In this document: piece after piece, positions 1 to 12,675 of the stretch
Layout: each line of letters opens with the position of its first letter
Position numbering within the stretch: position 1 is the first letter of the stretch
Assembly: GCA_038087875.1 (NCBI GenBank)
Contig: CM075982.1
Span: forward strand, 25,358,001 to 25,422,000
Source of the DNA: Malacoraja senta
Taxonomy: Eukaryota
Length of the DNA: 64,000 bases
Reading direction: 5' to 3'
Made by a program: the position numbers and the translations under genes
Notes under the pieces: model-generated
What the model saw: the letters and a program-made list of their open reading frames with translations, nothing else
What the model was told of the DNA's origin: nothing
The model's database searches: none

Positions 1-669
1 TTGATGCATCAGCATTTAGTGGGATCTCAGCATTTGAGAAGAAGAAATTGAGGTGGACCAAATAAAAATTCTATAAAGAACTTTGCAACTCACTGTACCC
101 ATACACTGCATGACTTGTCCAGTCTGTCACTTCTCCAAAAATACACAAGAACTTTGACATTATCCAGGATAAAGTAGCCCACTTGATCGGAATTCCTTTC
201 AACCAATCTAAACATTTACCCCTTCCCCGCCACCAGTGCACTTTGCCTAAAATCTGTACCATCTGCAATGCTGTTACTCATCTTGGCTTCAACAACAGCA
301 ATGCCTAAATACACAACCTCAATAGGACAACAAGGCAAGAGTGCTTGGAATCCCATCACTCAATGGTTCCTTCCAAATTAAGCACCATATTGACTTGAAA
401 ATATATTGCTTTTCTTCATTTTTGTTGGGTCTAAATCCTAAACTCCCTCTCCAACATTGTGGGGATATCTCCACTTGGGGCACTCCACAAATTCTATGTT
501 TTCTCTCAACATCTTCTTAACAGCCTCTGTACAGTAAACACATGAATGTGGAAAATTCTAGCAAGGCTTGACAGACTATTTGCAGGAAGGTTGTTGCCCC
601 AGGCTATTTATCTAGATACAGGGGTCAGTCACAGAATATTTAGAGCTAAAATGGGGAGAGATTTCTTTA

Positions 670-1459
670 TTCAACTCAATTCAATTCAATGAACTTTATT
701 TTTCCGTTAGGAACTTTGGTTTCTGCAGCCATACAACAAAAATAAACAATTTTACAAGGCACACAACCAACTCAATTCACACAGGCATCCATCACAGTGA
801 ATCTCCTCCTCACTGTGATGGAAGGCAAAGTCTTGTCTCTCCCCTGCTCTCCATCCTCTCCCGATGCTAAAGCCCCCGGCGGACGATGGTAAGTCCCGCG
901 GCCGTTAAGGCCGTGCTGGCGATGTAAGGCCCTGCTCTGGGTCTTAATGTTGGAGGCCCCGGCGGGCGATGGCAAGTCCCGCGGCCATTAAAGCCGCGCC
1001 AGGCAATGTCAGGCCCCGCTCCAGGTCGTTTTTAGCCCCGCAACTCGGGCTCCGAAAAGCGGTCTCCCACCAGGGACCCGCGAGCTCCCGATGTCACCGT
1101 CCACAGGCCTGCAGCTGGAGCCTCCGAAGCTCCGGAGTCGGGTCACAGCCGCGCGCCACCACAGCTCCCCACGCTCCGAGGCTGGCCAGCCCCACGATGG
1201 TAAGTCCGCAGTCTCCGCGACTGGAGCCCCCAGGTCATTCCGGCTGGTGCTAGGCCCAACGGCAACGGAGACCCGACAGGGAAAAGGTCGGGTCTCCCGT
1301 GCAGGGAAGAGATTTAAAAGTTTCCCCCATCCCCCGCCCCCCACATATACACAGTTAAAAACAATATAAAAACCACAGCAAACTACACATTGAACGGGAC
1401 AAAAATTTTAAAAAGGACAGACGGACTGCAGGGGCCGCTGCCGCGAGGCGCCACCACTT
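670..1459 (-). mobile_element. GC-rich non-autonomous retroelement (possibly Rex1/Babar-related) inserted in a CR1 fragment
   Basis: On the minus strand it ends in AATAAA plus a (TTGAA)n tail. CpG-rich body with an internal ~85-bp duplication and two perfect hairpins. CR1 3'-end sequence on both sides (540-665, 1470-1655). Confidence 0.6.
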
Positions 1460-1915
1460 TAGATCCACCTAAAAAAGGTGATAACCTGTGGAAATTCTCT
1501 ATGATATAAGGATGTGGAGGCCAAGTCATCAAATATATTTAAGAAATGTATTTCCAGGCAAAAAGGCATCAAGAAAAATGGGGAAAGAATAGGAATATAG
1601 TATTGAGATAGACTTGATTTTCCTGAATGGCAGAGCAGGCTTAAAGTACTGCTCCTGTATGTTGTATAAAACAAAATAATGCAAGGTATTGCATTTGTAC
1701 TTCCCAGTTTAATGATCCTCTTTATTTTAAGATTCAAATTTGTGGGCTAAGCTAATGCAGGGTTTTTTCTGAGCATATATTTCCAGTTCCACACTACGCG
1801 TCTGTTACTGAACAGGTCATTGGGCTATACTAAGAAAATCTAGTTAGAACAAGAAAATGCAGGTGTTGTAAATCATAAGGTCCTTAGCCTGACATGTAAT
1901 CTCTGTTTCTTTCCC

Positions 1916-2124
1916 GAATATAGATATAAAATGCTGGAATAACTCAGCGGTACAGGCAGCATATCTGGAGAGAAGGAATGGGTGACGTTTTGGGTCGAGA
2001 CCCTTCTTCAGACCCGAAATGTCACCCATTCCTTCTCTCCAGAGATGCTACCTGTCCCACTGAGTTACTCCAGCATTTTGTGTCTATCCTCGATTTAAAC
2101 CAGCATCTGCAGTCCCTTCCTACA
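1916..2124. mobile_element. Penelope-like short element, foldback (inverted) pair with hammerhead motif
   Basis: 76-bp arms at 1921-1996 and 2011-2086 with 9 mismatches. 15-bp TSD ctctgYttctttccc at 1901-1915 and 2125-2139. Nested in an older copy of the same repeat type. Confidence 0.8.
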
Positions 2125-4111
2125 CTCTGCTTCTTTCCCCACTGATATTGCCTAATATGCTGAGTACTTTGAGCATCTGCGGCTTTGTTGAGGAGTTATT
2201 AAGAAATTTGTAATTTAAAGTTTGCAGACTTTAAACAGTAGATATTGCAATGCAAGTGAATTGTATTTTAATCTCCCTCTCTCTACCCCCCCCCCCCCCC
2301 ACCGATGCTGCTCTCCTTGTTCTAAGAACATCAGTTGAGAAAAAGCAGAATTTGTCAAAATTTCCCTCAATTCAAGCAAAATCAAGAAACCATGCATTTT
2401 TTGCTATTGGCTAGGATTTGGAAATGAATTCTGAGATGCCACTAAGGGCCTCTCTTTCTAAAAGAAACCATGTTCTTTCCAGATTACCAAGTGTTCCTCA
2501 CTCTAATATATTCCTCATAAAACACCACTGTTCTCATTTTGTTACCTGTTCCTGTGATTTATGGGTTTAGTGTCAGCTATGTTGTTTATTGCTACTTTAA
2601 CTTCCACGTTGCCTTCCATCGGGCCCAGAATAATCCCAGCTCCTACTTTTACCACCTCACTCTTCAGGAGGCACAGTCTGTAGGGTTCATCTCACAGCTG
2701 GGGTGCAAGGTCAAAGGGGTCAGGCTTGTGACATGGGCAAGATTGTAAAAAGGATAGGGGTAAGATCATCAGGCCTTTGTTTTCATCTTGGCCACACCAG
2801 CACTTGTATTTATGTGGCAGGTTTAGCTGAATTTCGGATCAATTGTAATCCACCCCAGGGCATTGAGAGTTGCGGACAAGGCTTTGAGTATTAATGGTAG
2901 GTAATCAATAAATATTGGAGATGGTCAATGTTTGACATATTTGTGGCACAAATGTAATTGACCATATACTATACAATGCCTGAATGTTAGAAACAAGGAA
3001 TTGCAGAAGCTGGTTTACAGAAAAAAGACACAAAGTGCTGCAGCAATTCAGTTGGTCATGCAGCATCTCTGGAGAACATGGATAGGTGACATTTTGGGTT
3101 GGGACCCAGGAGCCTGAATAGTATATAGATCCTGTTGCATGCAGGCACTGAATCCTTTATTAGCTGAGAAGCTGCAATTGAAATTGAATGTAGTTAAATC
3201 ATCAATGAATATCCCTGCCTCTGATGATGGATGTTGTAAGGTCACTGAAGAAGCTTATGACACAGTCCCAAGGAACTCTTGCTGTGATGTCCAGGGGCTG
3301 GTTTGATTGGTCTTCGACAACTACAATCTTCTTTTCCCCTTTTATGCGCATTGTTTCAGTTCAGCTATGGTATCCTGATCCCACATTTGGTCAAATGCTT
3401 CTATGATATTAAAGGAGGTCCCTTTAACCAACCCCTAGAATTCAGCTCTTTGGTCCTTGTTTTCATCAAGATTGCCATGAGGTCTGAAGTCATGTTCTCA
3501 GCAAAAGCTAAAATGGACATCAGTGAGTAGGTCAAGGAATAGGAGTAGAATTAGGCCATTCGGCCCATCAAGTCTACTCCGCCATTCAATTATGGCTGAT
3601 CTATCTCTCCCTCCTAACCCCAATTCTCCTGCCTTCTCCCCATCACCTCTGACACCTGTACTAATCAAACCATGTTATTGATGAATAAGTGCTATTTGAT
3701 TGCACTGTCAATTAAGGCAGTCATCACTTTGCTGATAAGTGTAGATGGAATGGGTGTAATTAGTCAGATTGGATTTGTCATGTATTTTGTGAAAATGGGA
3801 CATAATTGGTCAATATTCTGCATTGTCCAGCAGATTATCCTATTGGAACTGGAGTGCAGATCTTTAGTACTACAGTCTGGTTCCCTCATGTTTGCCGTAC
3901 TCAGTGCCCTCTTCATTTCTTGATATCATGTGAAATGGCTTGTATGATAATGTGGGGCTTTCAAGAGGAAGCAACATTTCTGTTCAGCATGATTGAATGC
4001 TTCATCTTTTCTTTAGCATTCACGTGCTGGATCCTACTGTTGTTGAGGATAGGAATGTTCTTGGAGCCTCCTCCTCAGGTTAGCTACTTAATTACCAACA
4101 ATCACAAATAG

Positions 4112-4330
4112 ACTTCTCCAAAATCAGGTAGTCCTTGCTTTCTCCCTCCTTCCCCTCCCCTTCCCAGCTCTCCCACAGCCCACTGTCTCCGCCTCTTCCT
4201 TTCTTCTACCCGCCCCCCCACCCCCACCCCCACATCAGTCTGAAGAAGGGTCTCGACCCGAAACGTCACCTATTCCTTCGCTCCATAGATGATGCCTCAC
4301 CTGCTGAGTTTCTGCAGCATTTTTGTCTAC
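4112..4330 (+). mobile_element. Penelope-like element 3' end (pyrimidine-rich UTR, hammerhead, tail)
   Basis: Begins with an ORF-end remnant (ttctccaaaatcaggtag, compare FSNFR*). Then a C/T-rich tract, gtctgaagaagggtctcgacccgaaacgtcacc, and the family tail. Confidence 0.8.
4238..4270 (+). ncRNA. Minimal type-I hammerhead ribozyme motif, intact core
   Basis: CUGAAGA (4240-4246), A, stem II GGGU-cucg-ACCC, GAAA, palindromic AC-GU stem III, GUC triplet ending at 4267. Stem I is only 2 bp (GU/AC). Confidence 0.7.
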
Positions 4331-6450
4331 CACAAATAGACGCAGTAGGACTGCTAAACTTTGATATGATCCGTTGCTTATGAAATGGGTTTGCTTTTTC
4401 TGTTGTTGCTCAGCACATGAGTGCTCCTATATTGTAGGTTCACAAGGCTAGCATTTCATCATTTTTAGGCATGTCCGGTGCTACTCCCGGAACTGCGTGC
4501 TTCACTGAACTAATGATGATTTTCTAGCTAGAGAGCAATGGTAGAATGAGGCCTATGCTCAACCATGAAGTTACAGACCATGACAGTCTATATTTCTGCA
4601 ACAACTGAATAAATGCCCAGTTTTGAGCTACCAGTTCTGTTCTGAATCTCTTCTATTTTTCACATCAGTAGTGCCATTAAAGTATCATCAGAGTGAAGAC
4701 AGGAATTTTGTCTCCACACTGGTTGACAAGATCTGATAACTTAGGATTCAGTGATTTGCTTTTAAAAGGCAAGTTCCTCAGAAATTCCTACTGGGTGGCG
4801 GTGGATTGTCAATGAGACAGGATTTATATTAAAGGAGTTTCTCATGATTGTGCTGGTCTCGCAGGTTAGCTGTGCCAAGAGCATGTTTTGCATCAAACCG
4901 ATAAGGTGCTTGCAATATATATCTTGTGATAGCATTGGCAGCAGCTTCAAACAGCCAGGAATGCTCAGTAAGTCTTCCACTACACTGTCACAAATGCCTC
5001 CAGTTAAGAACTTAATACTACATTACTTCCTAACCAGCTGCACAATTCCCTCTCAAAATGAGACCGTCCCCTCACCCCAGAATCAGGTCATGGGTTCAAG
5101 TATTGTGGAGCCTTGAGATTGATTCTTCTACAACTGTAGTGAATGTGCGAAATAGTGACTATGCCTCAATATTTCCTTCATAATACATAGGGAGAGTGTA
5201 ACTGGAAAAAAACTGAAAATCCTTAAAGTCTGATGAATTCTTAGTTTGAGTTGTCAGCTGTGTCTCAGTGGGCTTTTTCTTGTCTGAGTCAGAAGGGTGA
5301 TTCAATCTAATCCAGACTTGAGCGTGGTGCAGTAGTGAGGCAGAGGTGCCATCTTTCAGAAATGTTAAACCTTTTCTATTAACTGAGAGTAGTCTAGGCC
5401 CTCGTGACTTCTAAAACCAACGATAATTTTAGCTCACCTTTAAGTCTTAGTAACAGCAAAGCCAAACAAACAACCAACAGTCATTTTTAAAAAGCAATTC
5501 AGGGAAACTGGGTGCCTCTTTAAAACTGTATTCAACTGACAGAAAATGAAGCTTTTAAGCTGACAGCATCATGCCGAGTTAATTACTTCTCTCTTTGAAG
5601 TTATCAATGTGATTTCTCTATCTTTGCCACTTCAAATTTATTTAAATATCTTTATGCTGATTGTCTATTTTCCATCCTTTCGTGATCTTTTAGTTTATGT
5701 GACTATTTGTCAGGGAGATTGCCCAGAAGCTGGGTCTGGGAGCTTCACTGACGCATTTGTCTGCCTGGTTCATTAACATACATATTGCTGAGGTACCTCC
5801 AGGTTGTTGTGGGGGTGGAAGGCTCATTGATTCATACAACCACAGGCAATTGTTATGTGTCATCGTCATACTCAGCAGCATGCAACGTAAGCCTGGGGCT
5901 TTTACGCTTAATCCTGGGGTTGGTGAATGCATTGGGCAGCTCTGAGAGTGGTGGTAAGAGTAAAGACAAAGAGAGAGGTTGTCAGTTACATCCACTCTTT
6001 GTGTGCTAGTCCAAGAGGAGGATCTACTATCATCCGATACAATTGTCTTACCCTTAAATCTCTTTTCCACTTGTAAATTTGCTGCATACTGTATGTCTCT
6101 CTTCATTCTATCTTATTGTACTTGAGTTCAGCTTGATTGTATTATAGTCATATAACATGGAAACAGGCCCTGCGCCCAACTTGCCCATGCCAATCACGAT
6201 GCCCCTTCTACACTAATCTCACCTGCCTGTATTTCGCCCATATCCTTCCAAACCTATTCTGTCCATGTTCCTGTCCAAATGTCTTTTAAATGATGTGATA
6301 GTAGCTGCATCCTCTGGCAGCTCATTCTATATACCCATTAGCCTTTAAGTGAAAACATTGTCCCTCAGGTTCCCCACTCACCTTAAATCTATGTCCTTTG
6401 GTTCTTGATTCCCCTACACTGGATAAAATACTGTGCATTTACCCTATCTA

Positions 6451-6764
6451 GTTTTAATTTAGTTTAGAGATATATCATGGAAACAGGCCATTCTGCCCAC
6501 TGAGTCTGCACCGACCAGCTATCCCCGCACACTAATACTACCCTACACACCATAGAGACAATTTTACATTTATACCAAGCCAATTAACCGACAAACCTGT
6601 ACGTCTTTGGAGTGTGGGAGGAAACCGAAGATCTCAGAGAAAACCCACGCAAGTCACGGGGAGAATGTACAAACTCCGCACAGACAAGCACCCGTAGTCA
6701 GGATTAAAATCTGGGCTCTGGCGCTGTAAGGCAGTAGCTCTACTGCTACGCCACCGTGCTGCCC
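6451..6764 (-). mobile_element. tRNA-derived V-SINE (HE1-like)
   Basis: Minus strand shows a gggcagcacggtggcgtagcagtagag A-box head, a V-domain core, and a CR1-like 3' tail ending in (taaac)n. Interrupts the CR1. Confidence 0.85.
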
Positions 6765-7165
6765 ATCTATTCCCCTCATGATCTTATACACTTCTGTAAG
6801 ATCACCCCTCATCCTCCTGCGCTCCAAGGAATAAAGTCCTAACCTGCTCAACCTCTCCCTCTACCTCATGCCCACAACTCCTGGTAATATCATTGTCAAT
6901 TTTCTCTGCACCATTTTCAGTTTAACAACATATTTCCCATAACAGGGTAACCAAAACAGAACACAATACTCCAAATCAATATCTTGTACAACTGTCTCAA
7001 CCTCTAAATTCAATACTCTGACTGATGAAGGCCAATGTACCGAACACCCTCTTGACTTCCCTATCTACCTGTGACACCTCTTCTAAGGAACTTTGTATCT
7101 GAACTCCGAGATCCCTTTGATTTACAACAACCCCCCAGAGCCCTGTCATTCACTATGACATCTAA

Positions 7166-7882
7166 AGGGCCTGTCCCACTGACGCGACCTTTCAGCGACT
7201 GTCTTCGACCTTCAAGCTCGAGGGCACTAGCCTGGAAAACCTCAAGCTGGATCGACCGTCGGTGATGAAACCGCGAGCTGGATCGACCGACCACACACAC
7301 ACACAAACACATTGCAAAGGCGGGGGCTAGGGAAAGCGGGGGAGCGCTATTTGAAATTCACACCCGCGATGAACAGAAAGGTAAGACGGCTGCACAGTGT
7401 ACGGTAAGTCCTTTAGAGAGGGGGGGGGGAGAGGGGGAGAGAAGGGGATGTGGAGAAGAAGTGGAAACACTTTTAAGAAGACAACTTATAATAAAGTTTA
7501 GCGGGCATTTTACATTACCGGTCGGTTTTCCTTGGTCCTGAGAACTCCAATGAGCCAATTAAAATGCCCGGTCAGCGAAGGAGATTGCCTACGGCTGCCC
7601 TCCACTGCCTGTCACTACATTGCGACCCTACTCTACTGCACTACGAGTTCAAAAGAACCATGCCGACCAAATTTTACTCACGGAAAATTTTTCAACATGC
7701 TGAAATATTTTCCTCAACCAAACTGAGGCCGCGAGTATGCGGGAACTTCCCTCGAGCATGAAGGAGAGTTCCAGTGACCTCATAGGACCTCCTAGGACCA
7801 CGTGTCGACCATGCTGCGAGTTTGAGTTCAGGGCAAACTCTTCTAAACTCGCAGATTAGGTCGCCGCAGTGGGACAGCCCCT
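7166..7882. mobile_element. PIF/Harbinger-type MITE
   Basis: ~25-bp TIRs AGGGCCTGTCCCACTG...GCGACCT / AGGTCGC...CAGTGGGACAGCCCCT, flanked by TAA and TTA. No transposase ORF. Confidence 0.75.
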
Positions 7883-9364
7883 TTACACTCACAATCTGTA
7901 TTAAAATTATCTGTATTAACCATTCCTCAGCCCACCTGCCCACTGATCATGATCCTCCTGCAATTTTTGATAACTATCTTCGCGCCCTATGATGCCACCG
8001 AATTTAGTGTCATCTGCAAACTTACTAATCTTGCTTTGTACTTATTGATATACAATATTATTTGATTTGGAATGGAATGGAATACTTTATTGTCACATGT
8101 GACTAGGCACAGTGAAATTCTTTGCTGCATACCCAATGTATACAAATTTGATTGGATACCACATAAAACAAAGCTTTTCACTGTACATCAGTACACGTGA
8201 CAATAATAGACATAATCCCAAACACCCCACCAGTGCCCCTAATGAATATAGAGCCCTCAGCAACTTCTCATTTCTTCACTTTGCATCCGTATCTCATACT
8301 ATACCCATCTTTGTTCCTATCCTTTGGTCTCCTGATGCCGGAGTCCTGAAACTTGCTAGGTTCTATGCAAATAACATCAAATTGTACCTATCTGTCCACC
8401 CCAGTTCCAGGCTACTGCAGGTCTCTCTGACTTGAAATGCTTTGCACAACTAGTTTTTCAGGCCATGGATTCTAGTAGTTTACATGCTCAAGGTCACAAT
8501 CACTAGCTGTACACAATGTCCTGCAAAATCAGCAGACAGCAATGATAGAATGGGGACAGTGGAGCTTACTGTATGCATTTGAAGCTCATATACTTTGCAA
8601 TATACTTTGCAACTGCACTGTCATTCTGCAGTATATTAATAAAACACTTGTCAATCTCATCGTAATTACTCTAAAGTGTTAGGAGATGAATTTGCACTTC
8701 CCAGTCCCTCAAGCTTTGGGTTCCTGTTCTCTATTAGACAACATTGCACCAAAAAAGGTTAACTTTTAATAAATCAGAATGGAAGATCCTGCCAGATCGA
8801 TCTCTCTACTTCAAATGCCAATTTGCTGCATTTAGAATCATGGAGATAAAGAGTCATACAGTACAGAAACAGGCCTTTAGGCCGACCAATTCTATGCTAA
8901 CCATCAAATACCTAACTATATTAATCCCATTTGGTCCAATCTTGAAGATAGATCCCAACCTGAAACGTTGTCTGTCCGGTTCCCTCCAGATGTCGCCTGA
9001 CTCCTGAGTTCATCCATCAGTTTGTTTTGTTGCTCAAGATTACAAATCTGCAGTGTCTTGTGTTTCCAGTAACCTATTATGCCTTAGCGATTCAAGATGC
9101 TAATCCAAATGCTTCTTAACTCGTAACTTTTGTGAGAGTTTCTGCCTTCATCACCTTCTCAGGCAATGTGTTCCTGGTTGCAACCATCTAAGTGAAATAT
9201 TATTCTCCAGATTTCTTCTAAACTCCTCACAATTCTCTCTATCTTAGACATTTCTGCAATGGGGAAATGGTTCTTACTACTACTCAAACTATGCCTATCA
9301 TAATCTGGTATACCTCTCTCAGGTCCCCTATCAGCCTCCTCTCCTCCTCAGCTGATACCTCACA

Positions 9365-9612
9365 TTGACAGAGACAGGTTCCATCCTGACAACATATGCT
9401 GTCTGTGCGGAGTTCACAAGCTCTCCCTGTGACTACGTGGATTTCCTCCAGGTGCTACCGTTTCATCCTGCATTCCAAAGACATGTGGGTTTGTAGGTTA
9501 ATTGGCCTCTGTAAATTGCCCGATTGGGAGTTGATGCGAAAGTGGAATAACATACATAGTCAATATGGCCTCAGTGGGCTGAAAGCACCTGATTCCTTGT
9601 TATATTTCAATC
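9365..9612 (+). mobile_element. V-SINE (HE1-like), degraded
   Basis: Contains ggttccatcctgac...tgcggagtt...ccaaagacatgtgggtttgtaggttaattggcctctgtaaattgccc, homologous to 6451-6764 and 45501-45812. Confidence 0.7.
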
Positions 9613-9847
9613 AGAAAACAAATGAAACATAATAGGTTGGAAAACACAAACTGCTGGAGGAACTCAGCAGGTCGAGCAGCATCTGAGGAGGAAAAGGAAT
9701 GGTAGATGCTTCAGGTAGAAGCCCTGCAACAGGACTGAGAACGAAGAGGAAAGATAGTCAGCATGAGACAGGAACCACTTTATTCAAGACAGTAACTGAA
9801 AGACTTTTCCTTGGACCCACACCTAAAACTGTCTCTCTCACCTAATT

Positions 9848-11180
9848 AGAGTCATAGTCATATAGTACAGCATGGGAAACAAGTCCCCAGGCCCAACTCG
9901 TCTTGCAATAAGTTTGCCTACCTGAGGAAGAACCATTTGCTTGCATTTGGCCCATATACCTTTAAACCTGAGCATGTGCGTCTGTCTAAATGCCTTTTAT
10001 GCAATTGTACCTGCCTCTACCACTTCCTCTGGCAGCTCATTCCATATACCCACCATCGTTTGTTTGAAAAAATGCCCCCTCAGATCCCCTTTAATTTTTT
10101 CGCTTTCCTCGTCCGATTTAGGCTCCCCTACCCTGGGAAAAAGTCTGTGACCATTCACTTCATCAATGCCCCTTGTAATGATATAAGGTCACCCCTCAGT
10201 CGCCTTTGCTCCAAGGAGAAAAGCCCCAGCTTATCCAGACTCTCTTAATAATTCAAGTCCTGACAGTCTCAGCAGCAATTTTATTAATCTCTTTTCCACC
10301 CTTTCTAGTTTATTGTGTGACCTTGCTATGAGTCAATTGGGTTCCAGCTGCCTACATTATAATATTTAATGTATTTCAATATCACTTATTTTTTAGATGT
10401 TCTGACGCAATAGGCACGACTGAAATATGAGGTGTGAAGTGATCTGAGTGGGAGCTACTTCTGTGTTACTGTACTTTGGCACGCTGACTTAATCAGCTCC
10501 CTGATTACACCAACAAGTGGACCTGGCTGGAGTTTTGCTCTGACCAAATCAGACTTATCATGATTTTAAATTATCATGTGACTGTGAAGACATAATGAAT
10601 TGGGGGAGAAAGGAAAGCACTCTTTTTATACTAAACCTTTATTACCATGACAACTGCAATGCTGCTAAGATACCAGTGCTGCTTTCTGAAACCCTCAAGT
10701 GTTTACATTCAGGGCTGCAGGATTTTTCTCACTAGTGCTGCCTTTCCTATGGAGCAGTTGTCACACTCTCAGCACAGAAACAGGTCCTCCAGCGAATTTG
10801 TCCATGGGGTAAGTTGTCCAACTGAGCTGGTCCCAATTGCTTACTCCTGCCTCATTTCCCTCTCAACCTTTCCTAATCATGTAGTTGTGCAAAGGTCTTT
10901 TAAATGTCGGGATGTACCACTTTCTCTGGTAGCTCATTCCATATACCCGCCACCTTGAAAAAGTTGCCCCTCAGGTCCCATTTAAATTTTTCCCTGTTCA
11001 CTCTCTGCCTTCTAGTTTAGACTCTCCTAGCCTGGGGGAAAAGACCCTGGGTATTCACTGTATCTCTGCTCCTCTTGATTTTTATAGACATCTATTAAGG
11101 TCACTCTTCAACCTCCTACACTCCAGAGTAAAAAGACGCAGCCTATCCAGTCTCTCCTTATAACACAAACCCTCCAGACT
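9848..11180 (-). mobile_element. Two CR1 3'-end fragments (9848-10310 and ~10770-11180)
   Basis: Motifs tcctctggcagctcattcca and aggtcacccctcag...ctccaaggagaaaag are shared with the other CR1 copies. Confidence 0.7.
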
Positions 11181-11230
11181 TCAAATCATAAAAGGCACCT
11201 CAGAAATATATATATTTTTTACCAAAGGAT

Positions 11231-11321
11231 GTCTGACGAAGGGTCTCGACCCGAAATGACACCCATTCCTTCTCTCCAGAGATGCTGCCTGTCCCGCTGA
11301 TTCACTCCAGCATTTTGTGTC
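11231..11321 (+). mobile_element. Penelope-like short copy with mutated hammerhead
   Basis: gtCTGACGAaGGGTctcgACCCGAAAtgacacccattcc...; stem III and the cleavage triplet are altered. Confidence 0.8.
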
Positions 11322-11339
11322 CTCTGCGCTCTGATTCCT

Positions 11340-11707
11340 TCTCTGCTCTCATCAAGCAAAATGTACAGAAGCTTGAGAGCGAGCATCATCAGATTCTGGC
11401 ACAGCTTCCACCAGACTCAGGTACAGCTTCCTCCCCTCTGTTATCAGGCTTCTGGACAGTCCTTCCATAAGCTAGGGTACGGTCTGATTCAGCTCTACCC
11501 CATTGCAGACATTGGACCTTCTCTGGCAACTTATGCGCTACAATGATGAAATTCTGCACTCTGTATCTTCTCCTGTGCTCCATCTATTGTACTTGAGTTT
11601 GACTTGATTTTATTTGTGTAGTATTATCTGATTTGATTGGGTAACATGCAAAACAACGTTTTTTACTGCACCTTGATATACGAGTCAATAATAAACCTAA
11701 ACCTAAA
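11340..11707 (+). mobile_element. Rex1/Babar-type LINE 3' end
   Basis: YRSLRA...RF and SFLPSVIRLL C-terminal remnants. 3' UTR ends aataaa(cctaaa)2. Confidence 0.6.
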
Positions 11708-12224
11708 AGGATGCTAGTAGGGAATTCTACTCAATTCATTGTTTGTGGCATCTTTCTGTGCATAAACAGTTAGAGTTCATTGGTACATGTCTGTGAAGGC
11801 AGAAGTGTAGTGGGAGCTTTACAATATATTTGATTAGCATTTACAGCTCAGACACATGCTGTTTGGCTTAACTGGTCCCTGCTTGTGTTTACACAAGATC
11901 CTCTTTCTACTATCCTTCATTTATCTTGTAGGTCAATAAGCTCCAGAATTCTCAACTGGTTTTATTGATGGAAGCCTTCTGCTAATGCCTAGTTCTGATC
12001 TACATCATCCAACCTCCATCATCCCAACCCCTTCAACATACAAACATCATCACCCTGCCTCTCTGTGTTCTGCATGTTTGGACATTATTGCCGCACTAGC
12101 TATCCTGGCCTCTTTGCTGACCGTGATCTATTTAGTTCATCCTGATTTTAACCGTGCTGTCCAGGCAGATGCAGATTTTAGTCTATATTTCCCTTGTGAT
12201 TTCATCTTGATCTTGATGTAACGC

Positions 12225-12675
12225 TGGTGTGCTCATCTGCTCATTGTTATAATGTGAAAAATCAGCACCTGACAACTGGCTGAGGAAAGCACTTAACCCA
12301 CGCTGGAAGATCATCTACTGTGTGAAAGATATACTTTGGTCTAGATTACATTTTATTGGCCTTCAGTGTAAGATGTCTGCAAGTGAATGCTGCTGACTGG
12401 CACACTCCAGGGTGAAGGAGTACATTGTGAAGGATGCACTGAAGCCTTGCAAAGGCTCAGTCAGGAGGACCACAGTCCAAAGTCCTGCTGAAACCGAGTA
12501 CTGAGGGATTAGGCCCTATGTAACAGTCTCTCAAACACTTCACGGGTGCATTATTTTAGGAGGAAACAAGAATGGAATTGATGCATTGTGAGAGAATGTA
12601 TTGAATAAATGGCAAAATAAACGTACAGAAAGACTTGCTCCGATTGTTTATACTGCATTATGAATAAAGTTTTAA
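12225..12675 (+). mobile_element. Tx1/L1-clade LINE 3' end, degraded
   Basis: Manual translation across frameshifts: WKIIYCVKDILWS...ECC*LAHSRVKEYIVKDALK...AKAQ..RTTV, resembling recalled fish Tx1 ORF2 C-termini. Followed by a tgaataaagtttt tail. Confidence 0.6.

Larger units (their letters stand above)
6146..8041 (-). mobile_element. CR1 LINE 3' fragment hosting a SINE and a MITE
   Basis: Minus translation gives ISKFADDTK (~8000-8030), RWAEEWL and LGLYSLERRRMRGDLTEVYKIMRGID. CR1-type 3' tail at the left end. Confidence 0.85.

Noticed and set aside
1420-1459. Possible HDV-like ribozyme at the 5' end of the GC-rich retroelement (gcctcgcggc)
   Set aside because: I could not build the nested double pseudoknot (P1, P2, P1.1, P4) by eye.
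5420-6000. Repeat-free intronic block resembling a conserved non-coding element
   Set aside because: Cannot be supported without cross-species alignment.
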